Shown: positions 1 through 10,599, counted from the stretch's first letter. The stretch: 64,000 nt of DNA from Verrucomicrobiota bacterium (GCA_047947115.1 CP170459.1:4352001-4416000); one strand, 5' to 3'. Notes: generated from the sequence alone by a model not told the origin. A program made the numbers and translations.

Positions 1-2
1 TC

Positions 3-2798
3 TCAAAAGAGTCGCTGAATCGACTGGGCCTTTGGACGTTTTCTTTCCTACTCACCGTTTCTTCCTTTTACCGGGGGGAAGCGGTTAATTTTTCAACCGA
101 TGTCATCCCCATCCTGGAGAGGCATTGCTACGAGTGCCACAACGAAAAAAAATCAAAAGCCTCCCTGAGGTTGGACATCACTGATGGATGGAGCCTGGGA
201 GGTGATTCCGGCGAACCTTTGATACGGGCCGGTCAACCCGGATCAAGCCTGCTGATTCAACGTATCACCCACTCCGATCCATCTGAACGAATGCCGCCCG
301 AAAGAGAGGGTTTATCCTCAAACGAAATCGAAACCATCCAGGGATGGATCAGGGACGGTGCTTCACTGCCTAAGGGCGGGGCTTCCGAAAATTCCTTTTA
401 CCAAACCGACCACTGGGCCTTCCAGCCCATCCAACGACCGGACGTTCCATCGGCCTCATCCAAAAGCACACAACACCCCATCGACGCTTTTATCGCCGCC
501 CGTCAGGAGGACATGGAGCTTTCCTTTTCGGAGGAAGCAGACCGTTTCTCCTTGCTGAGACGCTTATCCCTGCTCATGAAGGGCATCCCCCCCACACCCG
601 AAGAACTTCTGCGTTTCCAAACCGATCGCGATCCCTTCGCCTGGGACAGATGGGTGGACATGACCTTGTCCCATCCTCAATATGGTGAAAAGTGGGCGCG
701 ACATTGGCTGGATGTCGTGCGCTATGCCGATTCCAACGGGTTCGAAACCAACCGGGAACGCAAAACCGCATGGCATTACAGGGACTATGTCATCAACGCC
801 TTCAATACCGACAAACCATATGACCGGTTTGTCCACGAACAATTGGCCGGCGATTTTTTCGGTGAGGAAGCGGCAACGGGATTCCTCGTCGCCGGCCCTG
901 TGGACATTGTCAAAAGTCCGGACATCAGCCTCACACTCATGCAGCGTCAAAATGAGCTGGACGACATGATCAACACCACCAGCACGGCTTTTCTGGGTTT
1001 AACGGTGGGTTGTGCCCGCTGTCACACTCACAAATTTGACCCCATTCATCAGAAGGAGTATTACGGGCTTCAAGCCATTTTTGCAGGTGTTGAGCATGGA
1101 GAACGACCTTTGCAGAAAAACCTGCCAGCCGATCAGAAAAGAAAGATCGAGGAATTGCAATCTCAGTTGGCCGACCTCGAAAGAGAGATCAACCGATGGA
1201 AGGAGAAATCCACCACCTCCGTCAAAACGGTCCAGGCGGGCACACGCCCCCCTGTCAATGCCCGGCTGAATGAAGAGACCTTTGAACCCGTGGATGCACA
1301 AGCCGTCCGTTTCACCGTCCTGGCAAGCACCTCCGGCGAACCATGCATGGATGAACTGGAAATCTACGATCTCATGGATCTCAATGTTGCATTGAGTTCA
1401 CTCGGGACCACAGCATCCGCGTCAGGCACTCTTCCCGGCTATGCGATTCATCAATTGAAACACATCCATGATGGAAAACATGGGAATCAACATAGCTGGA
1501 TCTCCAACAGTGCCGGATCCGGCTGGGTTCAAATTGACTTCCCCTCCACCCGGACGATCCAAAAAATCATCTGGAGCCGGGATCGAAACGAAGAGTTCAC
1601 GGATCGCCTGCCCACACGTTACTTCATTGAAGCTAAAACTCCGGCCAGCGATTGGATCCGAATCGCCGATTCTGAAAACCGAATGCCCCACAACGGAAAA
1701 CCCGATCCCAACGCATTTCTCAGTCTCCTATCCAAAGAGGACAGAGATCAGGCTGAAAGTTTGCTCCGCCAGCATGAAGAACTGAAATCAAACATCCAAC
1801 GGGTTTCCAGAACTGAAATGATCTGGGCAGGAAATTTCAATCAGCCGGAACCCACCCACCGCCTTTATCGTGGTGATCCCATGCAGAAACGGGAAGCAGT
1901 CCCTCCCGGCACGCTTCAGGTCATCCGGCCTGTATCCATGGCGAGCAACGAACCGGAACAAACACGAAGGGTCAAATTGGCGGAATGGATCACGGCTCAT
2001 GACAATCCGCTTACAGCGCGGGTCATGGTCAACCGCATCTGGCATTATGTATTCGGCCGGGGCATTGTGGGCACTCCAAGTGATTTTGGTGCAAACGGAC
2101 TTACCCCCACCCATCCGGAACTTCTGGACTGGTTGGCAGACGAGTTCATTCGAAGCGGCTGGTCGGTAAAACACATCCAACGACTTATCCTCACCTCCCA
2201 CACCTTCCGTCAATCCAGCCAACCCAATGCAACAGGACTGGCAAAGGACGCTGAGGGGCTGTATCTCTGGCGGTTTACCCCCAGACGTCTGTCCGCCGAA
2301 CCTATTCGTGACAGCATCCTTGCCACATCGGGCGTCTTGGATCCGCGCATGGGCGGCCCCGGGTTCTACCTGCTCGATGTGCAGGTTGACAATGTGATGC
2401 ATTACTTTCCAAAAGAAACCTTCGGCCCTCCGGAATTCCGTCGAATGGTTTACATGTCACGCATCCGTCAGGAACAGGACGCCATCTTCGGAGCGTTCGA
2501 TTGTCCGGACGGCAATCAGGTCATCCCAAACCGTTCAAGATCCAATACACCGATCCAGGCGCTTAATTTGTTCAACAGCCCCTTTATCCAACAACAATCA
2601 AACATCCTCGCCGAGCGACTCCGGGCAGCCTGCGGTGAGGAGATGAACGATCAAATCTCACAGGCCTTTTTGTTGCTGCATGCGAAAATGCCGGACGAGA
2701 TTGAGATTCAGATGTCCAAAGATTTGATCCAATCCGAAGGACTCGAATCCTTCTGTCGCGCACTTTACAATTCCAGTCGATTCCTCTTTGTCTTTTAA
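3..2798 (+). CDS. PSD1/planctomycete cytochrome c domain protein (DUF1549 + DUF1553) with discoidin-like insert; 5'-partial
   Basis: The frame is open from the window start and holds an in-frame CYECH heme motif at 126-140, upstream of the ORF-track start at 171. Also [37 protein letters not shown] and [13 protein letters not shown]...[10 protein letters not shown] motifs. Confidence 0.9.
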   Translation, partial: SKESLNRLGLWTFSFLLTVSSFYRGEAVNFSTDVIPILERHCYECHNEKKSKASLRLDITDGWSLGGDSGEPLIRAGQPGSSLLIQRITHSDPSERMPPEREGLSSNEIETIQGWIRDGASLPKGGASENSFYQTDHWAFQPIQRPDVPSASSKSTQHPIDAFIAARQEDMELSFSEEADRFSLLRRLSLLMKGIPPTPEELLRFQTDRDPFAWDRWVDMTLSHPQYGEKWARHWLDVVRYADSNGFETNRERKTAWHYRDYVINAFNTDKPYDRFVHEQLAGDFFGEEAATGFLVAGPVDIVKSPDISLTLMQRQNELDDMINTTSTAFLGLTVGCARCHTHKFDPIHQKEYYGLQAIFAGVEHGERPLQKNLPADQKRKIEELQSQLADLEREINRWKEKSTTSVKTVQAGTRPPVNARLNEETFEPVDAQAVRFTVLASTSGEPCMDELEIYDLMDLNVALSSLGTTASASGTLPGYAIHQLKHIHDGKHGNQHSWISNSAGSGWVQIDFPSTRTIQKIIWSRDRNEEFTDRLPTRYFIEAKTPASDWIRIADSENRMPHNGKPDPNAFLSLLSKEDRDQAESLLRQHEELKSNIQRVSRTEMIWAGNFNQPEPTHRLYRGDPMQKREAVPPGTLQVIRPVSMASNEPEQTRRVKLAEWITAHDNPLTARVMVNRIWHYVFGRGIVGTPSDFGANGLTPTHPELLDWLADEFIRSGWSVKHIQRLILTSHTFRQSSQPNATGLAKDAEGLYLWRFTPRRLSAEPIRDSILATSGVLDPRMGGPGFYLLDVQVDNVMHYFPKETFGPPEFRRMVYMSRIRQEQDAIFGAFDCPDGNQVIPNRSRSNTPIQALNLFNSPFIQQQSNILAERLRAACGEEMNDQISQAFLLLHAKMPDEIEIQMSKDLIQSEGLESFCRALYNSSRFLFVF

Positions 2799-2809
2799 AC
2801 CATCCGGTC

Positions 2810-4321
2810 ATGAAGCGATTACCTAGAAAACTCCATCCATTATTGGATCGCCGTCAGTTCCTCTCACACAGCGGCACGGCATTGAGCGGCATGGCGCTGA
2901 CCCACCTGCTTCGCAGGGACGGTCTGCTGGCGGCTGGAAACGACGTGCTCAGCGGAAAAGTTTCCCCACTGCGCCCCGGCATCGATCCGGCTCACCCGAA
3001 CGCCCCACGCCATCCACATTTTCCAGCCCGGGCCAGGCAGGTGCTTATGATCTTTTGTTCCGGCGCCGTCAGTCAACTGGACACCTTTGATTACAAACCG
3101 GAACTCTGGCGTCGACACGGACAACCCATGCCAGGCGGCAAAGACCTCATCACCTTTCAAGGCGAACAAGGCGACCTTGCCAAAAGTCCATGGACCTTTC
3201 GCCCGCGAGGACAAAGCGGGAAAATGATTTCTGATCTTGTGCCTCGTCTCGGTGGAATGGCGGATGATCTATGCTTCATCCATTCCCTGACCAGCGAAAC
3301 CAACACGCACGGACCCGGCGAAAACTTCATGTGCACCGGGTTCACTCTGGATGGATTCCCAAGCATCGGAGCCTGGACAACCTATGCCCTGGGGAGCGAA
3401 ACCGAATCTCTTCCTGCTTACGTGGCCATTCCAGATCCGAGAGGCACCCCGCAATCCAGCGTCAATTGCTGGGGCCCCGGTTTTCTGCCCGCCGCCTTTC
3501 AAGGAACGGACTTCAATGCCACCAACCCACTGCGCAACCTGCATCCGCCCGCAGGGATCACACCGAAACAGGATCTCAGAACACGTTCTTTTCTGACAAA
3601 ACTGAACCGCCACCAGATGCAGGAATATCCTGGTGACAGTGAACTGGCGGCGCGCATCTCCAGCTACGAACTGGCGGCAAGCATGCAGTTATCGGTCCCG
3701 GAAATCAGCGATCTCTCCGCAGAACCCCGGCACATCCTCAAAATGTATGGAGCCGACGCCGCCGGCAACAGCACTCAAGACCTCAAGGCTGCGTATGCCA
3801 GGAACTGCATCCTTGCCCGTCGACTGGTGGAAAAGGGAGTCCGCTTCGTTCAACTCTTCAACGGAGCATACCAGACCGGAGGTGAAGGCGTCAGCAACTG
3901 GGACGGTCATAAAGCCCTTGAAAAACAATACAAAATCCATGGCGAAATCCTCGATCAACCCACCGCCGCCCTGCTGACCGACCTGAAACAACGGGGCTTG
4001 CTCGAGAATACCCTGGTAGTCTGGTGCACGGAATTCGGACGCATGCCGACCTTTCAAAAGGGAGCCAGCGGACGTGATCACAACCCGAAAGGATTCACCG
4101 CCTTCATGACCGGAGCAGGCGTCAAAGCCCCCTTCAGCTACGGAGCCACCGACCCATTCGGTTATCAAGCGGTCGAAAACGTGGTCACCACCCATGATTT
4201 CCACGCCACCCTCCTGCACCTCCTTGGACTCGACCACGAGCGCCTGAGTTACTATCACAACGGTATCGAACGCCGCCTCACCAATGTGGAAGGTCGGGTG
4301 ATCACGGATGTGCTGGGGTAA
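2810..4321 (+). CDS. DUF1501 domain protein, Tat-exported
   Basis: RRQFL twin-arginine signal; [42 protein letters not shown] motifs; usual partner of the upstream PSD1 gene. Confidence 0.92.
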   Translation: MKRLPRKLHPLLDRRQFLSHSGTALSGMALTHLLRRDGLLAAGNDVLSGKVSPLRPGIDPAHPNAPRHPHFPARARQVLMIFCSGAVSQLDTFDYKPELWRRHGQPMPGGKDLITFQGEQGDLAKSPWTFRPRGQSGKMISDLVPRLGGMADDLCFIHSLTSETNTHGPGENFMCTGFTLDGFPSIGAWTTYALGSETESLPAYVAIPDPRGTPQSSVNCWGPGFLPAAFQGTDFNATNPLRNLHPPAGITPKQDLRTRSFLTKLNRHQMQEYPGDSELAARISSYELAASMQLSVPEISDLSAEPRHILKMYGADAAGNSTQDLKAAYARNCILARRLVEKGVRFVQLFNGAYQTGGEGVSNWDGHKALEKQYKIHGEILDQPTAALLTDLKQRGLLENTLVVWCTEFGRMPTFQKGASGRDHNPKGFTAFMTGAGVKAPFSYGATDPFGYQAVENVVTTHDFHATLLHLLGLDHERLSYYHNGIERRLTNVEGRVITDVLG

Positions 4322-4512
4322 AGCTTCCTTGAGTGTACTTCCAGTTCCTTGCACGCAGATAAGCCAGGTTTGAAAGGAATCCATGGAATGTTTCTGATCG
4401 GAATACCCCAAAAAACTCGCCATCCAGCCCCCTAAAAAGACATTGATTTTAAAATCACTATTTTTCCCCTTGCCTAAGGAGCCTGAATCCTTTACGAATC
4501 CCTTCCTTCCGC

Positions 4513-4600
4513 GCGGCTATGGCGGAATTGGCAGACGCGCTACCTTGAGGTGGTAGTGGGATAATATCCCGTAGAGGTTCAAGTCCTCTTAGCCGCACCA
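4513..4600 (+). tRNA. tRNA-Leu (anticodon GAG)
   Basis: Acceptor stem GCGGCTA/TAGCCGC followed by ACCA; D-loop GGAATTGGCAGAC; anticodon arm CTACC-TTGAGGT-GGTAG; long variable arm GGGATAATATCCC; T-loop GGTTCAAGTCC. Confidence 0.96.
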
Positions 4601-4627
4601 TTATTTTTACAACCAATCAGTGCTGAA

Positions 4628-5221
4628 TCATTCGACGAGCGTCCAAGGGCCGTCAGTGTTGTCAGATACTTCCAGAGAGCCGTAAAACCTGACCCCTATC
4701 GCCCCATCCCCCGTGGCAACGATTTCCAATTGATCGGCACGGTAAAATTTGGCTGATTCTTGTTGGTTGATGGTTATCCACTTGTCTGTTTGCACCGGCC
4801 ATGTCCTTTCCGGTTGTGGAAGTTCTATATCAAGCTTATGGTCGATGGTAATGGGTGGCAAATAGGCTGCGGGACTCGGCGGAACCCCTGATCCGCCCAA
4901 GGTTATATCGAATGGATCAGAAAAAATGACGGCTTCCGGCATGGCCAAATACACCACGCCAAGCTTCAGTCTGACTCTTCCCTGGTAACCGTCCAGCACC
5001 TGACCTCCTCCCGAGAAAACTCCACTACCGAGAATCTTAACTGACTGACTGATGCGTTCTCCGTCCAAATTTGCGATGAAAACGACCGCTTCACCACCTG
5101 CAACCGGAACTCCGTCGAGCAATATCTGCCCTCTGCCTATATTGCTCATGAAAACGGTTCCTTGACCATACAACTGAGGTAGAATTCCCAGTAACAAGAA
5201 TAATTTGATAATATTTTTCAT
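4628..5221 (-). CDS. Secreted hypothetical protein with Pro-rich linker and a rearranged FYR-type C-terminal domain
   Basis: Signal peptide MKNIIKLFLLLGILPQLYG/QG; TLGGSGVPPSP linker; KFYRA and LEVSD...GPW motifs. Confidence 0.7.
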   Translation of the reverse strand: MKNIIKLFLLLGILPQLYGQGTVFMSNIGRGQILLDGVPVAGGEAVVFIANLDGERISQSVKILGSGVFSGGGQVLDGYQGRVRLKLGVVYLAMPEAVIFSDPFDITLGGSGVPPSPAAYLPPITIDHKLDIELPQPERTWPVQTDKWITINQQESAKFYRADQLEIVATGDGAIGVRFYGSLEVSDNTDGPWTLVE

Positions 5222-5466
5222 GTAAGTCCTTGGTTAATAGATTGATCTTTCATGCGGCAAGCCGTTGATTGAAACGATAACGAAACTTTGGGTGTCCATT
5301 TTTTTGCTCATAACGTGTATTCCCATAGTACAATGCGTAAAAAAGCCCATGTTGAGGTCATTTTTCATAAAAAAATACACCCACAGGAGAAGAAAATGAC
5401 AACAACAAGGGATCGGTTACAGAAATTTCGGTTGCAATTGAGGCAATTCATGGCACGCATCCAGTC

Positions 5467-6075
5467 ATGATGAAGTGGAATATCAAGGCGACGGTATGGG
5501 GCCTTCTCGGACTGATGGTCAACCTTCAGACAGCTCTGGGCGTCGACCTCAACAATGATCAACCTGCGATGAGAAAAGAACTTTCAATGGATTTCCAGGG
5601 TGCAACTGCTGCGGAAAGCTGGATAACGGTCAATGACAATGTCATGGGAGGTCGTTCGATCGGTGGCTTCAGGATCGAGAACGAAAAACTTGTTTTCTCA
5701 GGGCGGACCAATACGAATGGTGGTGGCTTCTCCTCGATCCGCACCAAGCCCTTGACGACTGAACTTGCAGATTCCGGCTCGTTTCGAATCCGATGCAAGG
5801 GCGACGGTAGAACTTACCGTTTTTCGGTGAGGACGCCTGCCAGATATGCCAACATTCAGGTCGCATATTACGCGACTTTTGAAACAATCAAGGATGAATG
5901 GATCGAAGCAACCCTCCCTTTGGAATCCTTTTATCCATCCGTTCGAGGCATGGATGTCAGCAAAATAGCCCCTGCTCTCCGGCCCGAGGATATCGAATCC
6001 ATAGGCATCATGATTTATGATAAAAAAGATGGTCCGTTCAAGTTGGAGGTGGATTGGATCCGATCTGATGTGTGA
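5467..6075 (+). CDS. CIA30 (complex I intermediate-associated protein 30) family protein
   Basis: W..VNDNVMGGRS, NGGGFSSIR, KGDGRTY and DKKDGPFKLEVDWI motifs; N-terminal signal peptide. Confidence 0.88.
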   Translation: MMKWNIKATVWGLLGLMVNLQTALGVDLNNDQPAMRKELSMDFQGATAAESWITVNDNVMGGRSIGGFRIENEKLVFSGRTNTNGGGFSSIRTKPLTTELADSGSFRIRCKGDGRTYRFSVRTPARYANIQVAYYATFETIKDEWIEATLPLESFYPSVRGMDVSKIAPALRPEDIESIGIMIYDKKDGPFKLEVDWIRSDV

Positions 6076-6325
6076 AGCTTGACCGGATACCCGTTTTGCC
6101 CTCCCTCAGCCTGTCTCCTCAAGAAGACGCTGCGGCCTTTGGACCTGGTCCGGATGCGGTCCAGAACAAACTCCCTGGAGGTGTAAATTGGTAACTGGAA
6201 CGAGGTCATCGTTCTTCCCAGGTTGTAAAAAGCCTTCTTTTATGAGTTCAGGAAAGTATCCACCATACATCATCTCCGGCCTCAAAATGGTTTCACATGT
6301 TTATATTGAAGCATCCTAAATGGAA

Positions 6326-7705
6326 TCAACATACGTATTTGATACGCTTTTGAATATCCGTGTTGATGGAGTGGTAGGGCAAAGTCAGATTACAGTGTGA
6401 GAAAGTCGAAAGCCGCTGGTATTCCAGATCATCCTGTCCCAAGGCATTTGCAAAAATGGGCTTAAGATATTCACGCCCCAGGTCGGAGGGTTTCATTTTG
6501 GAGGGATTGTAAAAGGATGGGTGCATTTTTCGGGCATGGATATGGCCCCAACGATCTCGAAACCCGTTGGCATCATGACTGTCCACCCAGAACCCCTGTC
6601 TGGAATTCCATTGAAGCGTGGCCACCACATTGGTTCTTCCTTCAACAAGAACTTCCAGGGCTTTGGCTCCAAGCTGGGCTCCATAGAACCGGTCAAACAA
6701 CAGAGGTCTCCCTCCGCGCTGAGTATGGCCAACTTTGCGGGTGAAAATGGCCTCAGTAGCTGAATTGCCCCGCCGGTACGACGTGAAATACTCATCTCCA
6801 ATACGTTCAATCAACAACTGCCTCAAAGCCTCGGATGCTCCCGTTAAAACCTTGTTGCCAGCCGGGTCTGTCGAGCTGATTTCAGCCCCCAAATCCCTGC
6901 CGGAAGCATCCACGATTCCCTCGCCGCAGACGATGACAACATTCTTTTGTAAATCGTACAGGTCTTTGATCTGTTCCACCAGCAAGTCCAGATTCAACGG
7001 ACTTTCAGGTACAAGAACAATGTCCGGCTGACCATAGGTGGACCCCAGGGCAATGTATCCGGAATGTCTGCCCATGACTTCAATGATGGCTATTCTCCTG
7101 TGACTTTCAGCCGTGGTGCGTATGCGCTGGATCCCCTGCACTGCCACAAAAACGGCTGTTGTGTATCCCGGCGTGACATAATTTACCATGTAATCCAACA
7201 AAAAATCAGCCCCCCCGGTTTTCATCCGATAGTCAAAACCACTCTTGTCGTGACGCTGGGTCCGGATGTAATGGTCCGGTTCACTTCGATAGTTCAATCC
7301 AAGATCATTATCGATGGTCTTGGGCGCCAGTACCACCGGAAGGCGGTCTGCCAATGGCTGCAGACCATTCAATGTTCCATCGCCTCCGATACAAATGAGC
7401 CCTTCGATGCGCAGATCCCTCAAGCGCTGCTCGATGAGCTCCAGGGTCTCCGTTTGATTCGGGTCCACATAGTCTCTGGATGAACCCAAAATGGTCCCGC
7501 CCTTGGCTGGATCCAATTCCGGGATCTCCTGAAACAAAGGATTCAGGACGACATGCGGCAGACGCTGGTTATAGAGACTGTTGTATCCCTTGATCAATCC
7601 GACGACTTCTATGTTAAGCTGATTTGCCCGCTCCACAGCACCATGAATAGTTGCGTTCAAAGCCGGGGTATCACCGCCCGCTGTCAAAATTCCAATGCGC
7701 TTCAT
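6326..7705 (-). CDS. pfkA: 6-phosphofructokinase (PfkA family, GGDG + PKTIDND type)
   Basis: ILTAGGDTPALNA, GGTILGSSR, IGGDGT, PKTIDND, EVMGRHSG and GHTQRGG motifs. Confidence 0.9.
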   Translation of the reverse strand: MKRIGILTAGGDTPALNATIHGAVERANQLNIEVVGLIKGYNSLYNQRLPHVVLNPLFQEIPELDPAKGGTILGSSRDYVDPNQTETLELIEQRLRDLRIEGLICIGGDGTLNGLQPLADRLPVVLAPKTIDNDLGLNYRSEPDHYIRTQRHDKSGFDYRMKTGGADFLLDYMVNYVTPGYTTAVFVAVQGIQRIRTTAESHRRIAIIEVMGRHSGYIALGSTYGQPDIVLVPESPLNLDLLVEQIKDLYDLQKNVVIVCGEGIVDASGRDLGAEISSTDPAGNKVLTGASEALRQLLIERIGDEYFTSYRRGNSATEAIFTRKVGHTQRGGRPLLFDRFYGAQLGAKALEVLVEGRTNVVATLQWNSRQGFWVDSHDANGFRDRWGHIHARKMHPSFYNPSKMKPSDLGREYLKPIFANALGQDDLEYQRLSTFSHCNLTLPYHSINTDIQKRIKYVC

Positions 7706-8020
7706 AATGTCTGATCATTGCTTGCAGGGATGTTTCGCTTTCTGAGCCAGTTAAAAATCAGGCTACGATCCGTCTCCGCTAGCTAACAGGGACAGAGCAC
7801 AGATGGTGCCATAAGAATAGCAGACCCCATTCTGCCAAAAATGTGTAAGAATGCCGGCAGGATGGCAGAAGTTTAGCCAACGGGATGAGTCCTTTTGGCC
7901 ATCCTGTTTAAAAAGAACCCGACTGATGGTCAATCATCGGTGAACAAGCGCCTCCAGATCTTTAAATGAGATTGCAGAGGATGATTGCAAGGCCTTCCCC
8001 ACTCGGGCATCCTGAATGCC

Positions 8021-9163
8021 ATGATCTCAAGAAATACATGTATGGAAAACTACTTACGGGCGACAATCGCTTGCATCTTGCTCGCCATAACCCTGCCTGC
8101 CAAAGCCCAGACTACAGTAAACATTGTATGGCACGATCCATCTGAATGGGGAGTCGAAGGAAGAGGTTGGGAGCAGGAAGCCAGAAAACGTTGGTATGAC
8201 AGGTTGCCCGCGAAGGCGGAAGGTGTCGTGACCGATGCTGTTTGGAATCTGAGCCGACACAGCGCAGGCATGATGGTGCGATTTCAGACAGACGCCTCAT
8301 CCATCCATGCCCAATGGAAACTGCTCTCAAGCAACCTTGCCATGCCACATATGCCGGCCAGTGGAGTCAGTGGATTGGACCTCTACGCCCGCGACGAAAG
8401 CGGCAACTGGCGTTGGGCGGCCGCTACGCGCCCGAACGCACAATCCATGGAAGTGGCGTTGCTCCGGAACATCAAGCCAGGCCTGAGGGAGTATGCACTT
8501 TACCTGCCCTTGTATAACGGCTGCGAATCACTGGAGATCGGCATTCCGGAAGGAGCATCCTTCAAGGGGCTGCCTCCACGTCAGGAAAAACCCATCGTCT
8601 TTTACGGCACCTCCATCACACATGGAGCCTGCGCCTCGCGTCCGGGCATGGCGCACCCGGCCATCCTGGGACGTCGTTTTGATCGACCGGTCATCAATTT
8701 AGGATTCTCAGGCAACGGTCGAATGCACAAAGAAGTCGGCGACCTGATAGCCGAACTTTCCGCCGGAGTGATCATCATCGACTGCCTGCCGAACATGAAC
8801 GCGGCAAGTGTTGCGGAAAAAACCATCCCCCTGGTGAACCAATTGCGAGCCGCACAACCCAATACCCCCATCATCCTCGTCGAAGATCGACGCTTTACCA
8901 ACACCTGGCTGCAACCGGAGAAAGAAGCCTTCCACGACGCCAACCACACTGCCTTGAGACAAGCTTACACGGAACTTAAAACATCCGGAATCACCAACCT
9001 GTTCTATATTCCGGGCGACGACCTCCTGGGCCACGACGCCGAAGGAGCCACAGACGCATCCCACCCAAATGATCTGGGATTCGTGAGACAAGCCGACGTC
9101 TTCGAACCGGTCCTGCGCGAGGCTCTACGAAGGGTGGACGGATCAGTTGAGCAGACCAATTAA
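8021..9163 (+). CDS. SGNH/GDSL hydrolase with N-terminal GxDLY domain, secreted
   Basis: SGLDLY, FYGTSITHG (block I), NLGFSGNG and DASHP (block V). Start uncertain: 7985, 8021 or 8042. Confidence 0.88.
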   Translation: MISRNTCMENYLRATIACILLAITLPAKAQTTVNIVWHDPSEWGVEGRGWEQEARKRWYDRLPAKAEGVVTDAVWNLSRHSAGMMVRFQTDASSIHAQWKLLSSNLAMPHMPASGVSGLDLYARDESGNWRWAAATRPNAQSMEVALLRNIKPGLREYALYLPLYNGCESLEIGIPEGASFKGLPPRQEKPIVFYGTSITHGACASRPGMAHPAILGRRFDRPVINLGFSGNGRMHKEVGDLIAELSAGVIIIDCLPNMNAASVAEKTIPLVNQLRAAQPNTPIILVEDRRFTNTWLQPEKEAFHDANHTALRQAYTELKTSGITNLFYIPGDDLLGHDAEGATDASHPNDLGFVRQADVFEPVLREALRRVDGSVEQTN

Positions 9164-9186
9164 ACAACCCAGACAAATGCTCATGG

Positions 9187-9660
9187 TTAACGCGAAAGAA
9201 TCACCCTGAAGAAACCTTCGGTTGGACGGGGCAACACAAACTCTCCGTCGTTATGAGGGCCTTCGGCCAGTGGAATGAAAGTCTGAGGTTCATTCAACTG
9301 ATCGCTGTACTCAATCGTATAATCAAATCCGGTTTCCACTTGATAGCGGAAATGCAGCCCACCATCTTCCGTCAGATCCACAGCTAATTCCGGACGCCGA
9401 GCAGAGAAAAGTCCGACACCATAAATTCCCCCGCCAGACACTTCAGTCTTCAACCAACCATCCTCATATTGACTGTCAATCGATTGCCATTGATTGTCCA
9501 TCTCATCGTATTTGAACAAGTTCACCTGCTGATTCGATGGGATGAAATAGGAGAAGGACATGGAAGCAATCTGCTCATCCAGTGCGAAGGGTAATGACAA
9601 TTGAACCGGTTGTAAAAAATGTGGATCCTGGAGGTTTCCAACGCTTTGGTCCTCTCCCAT
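9187..9660 (-). pseudogene. Probable 3' remnant of a larger surface-protein gene (FYR-type C-terminal domain), abutting a repeat element
   Basis: The last ~157 aa look like a real extracellular beta protein (ending IEYSDQL...EGFFRVILSR) but have no signal peptide. The rest of the 248-aa ORF reads through the inverted-repeat element at 9673-9820. Confidence 0.55.
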
Positions 9661-9672
9661 ATAAATGTTTTT

Positions 9673-9820
9673 GGGGTCACGTCTCGACATTCTACATTTA
9701 GAGCACATTATTGTTATGTGCTCAGTGCTTACTCGGTTCCATTCTGAGAAAATCCCCCCCAAACATGATTGATAAAACTCCTGTTCCGCTTTGCATTGTC
9801 GAATGTCGAGACGTGACCCC
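9673..9820. mobile_element. MITE/REPIN-like non-autonomous element, copy 1 (148 bp)
   Basis: Perfect 20-bp terminal inverted repeat GGGGTCACGTCTCGACATTC / GAATGTCGAGACGTGACCCC; internal hairpin GAGCACAT-N7-ATGTGCTC; second copy at 10288. Confidence 0.75.
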
Positions 9821-10287
9821 AAAACATGTGGAAGGATATTCCAACAGACTCCCTCGTAATTGGTTGGGATTGAGTGCTCATGGGAAGTAGAGTGTTGCCA
9901 ATCTGTTATCTGCTGCGGTTCAAACAATTTCAATCTTTCATTCCAATTCCACCCTCACCAAAAATCGAATAATATACCGCTGCCATTCATAGGATATCTC
10001 TTAGCGGGTCTACGGCAAACTCAAACCGAATGGTTCGCAAATTATTCATTTTGAGGAGGCATTCCAATATTCGAACCAAACCTGCTTCTAGGCAGTCCAG
10101 GTGAAGCAGCAGTAAAGAAAGTATACAATTTCGTGTTTGGAATCCCTGACTTCTGCACAAGGCAGATTTCACGTTTGATACTCCAAATTGTATACTACTT
10201 GCCCATTTTCGAGCAAATTCGTGATAGTTCAGGAGGATTCAAACATCCGCATCCCTTTTGCATGCAAACACCTGAGGAGACGTGTTA

Positions 10288-10599
10288 GGGGTCACGTCTC
10301 GACATTCAACATTTAGAGCACATTAATGCTATGTGTTCAATGCTTGGTCGACTCCATTTTGTCGAAATCACCCTCCAAGAGCATGCATGATAAAACTTCT
10401 ACTTTGCTATTAAATGTTGAATGTCGATTCCGCTGCCCCCCCTAATTTTTACGGAACTGAGAAGTTGAAAAGCTATTGTTTAAAAACAACCTTCGAGAAT
10501 CGATTCTATGAGCGTTTTGAAGTGAGGTGAAGGTGATTTGCCCCCCTAAATTTTTGCGATTTTACTTTTTCAGCGGAATCGAATGTCGAGACGTGCCCC
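10288..10599. mobile_element. MITE/REPIN-like element, copy 2 (~150 bp once the nested insert is removed)
   Basis: Same left TIR as copy 1 and 67/80 identical bases over the first 80 nt (hand count). The right end is split by an insertion and resumes as TCGAGACGTGCCCC at 10586-10599. Confidence 0.75.
10424..10582. mobile_element. Nested 159-bp MITE-like insertion
   Basis: 12-bp TIR TCGATTCCGCTG / CAGCGGAATCGA, flanked by duplicated ATG (10421-10423 and 10583-10585); internal imperfect direct repeat GCCCCCC(C)TAA(A/T)TTTTT. Confidence 0.7.

Noticed and set aside
6106..6273. 55-aa minus-strand ORF (MMYGGYFPELIKEG...) downstream of pfk
   Set aside because: No recognisable motif or other support; it could be a chance ORF.
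7863..7877. TGGCAGAAGTTTAGC as a sigma-54 site upstream of the SGNH hydrolase
   Set aside because: Spacing fits but the -12 element deviates from TTGC; too weak without TSS data.
9673..10599. CRISPR array or integron attC cassette array
   Set aside because: Only two long copies, no repeat-spacer periodicity, no clear RYYYAAC/GTTRRRY pair, and no cas or intI gene.
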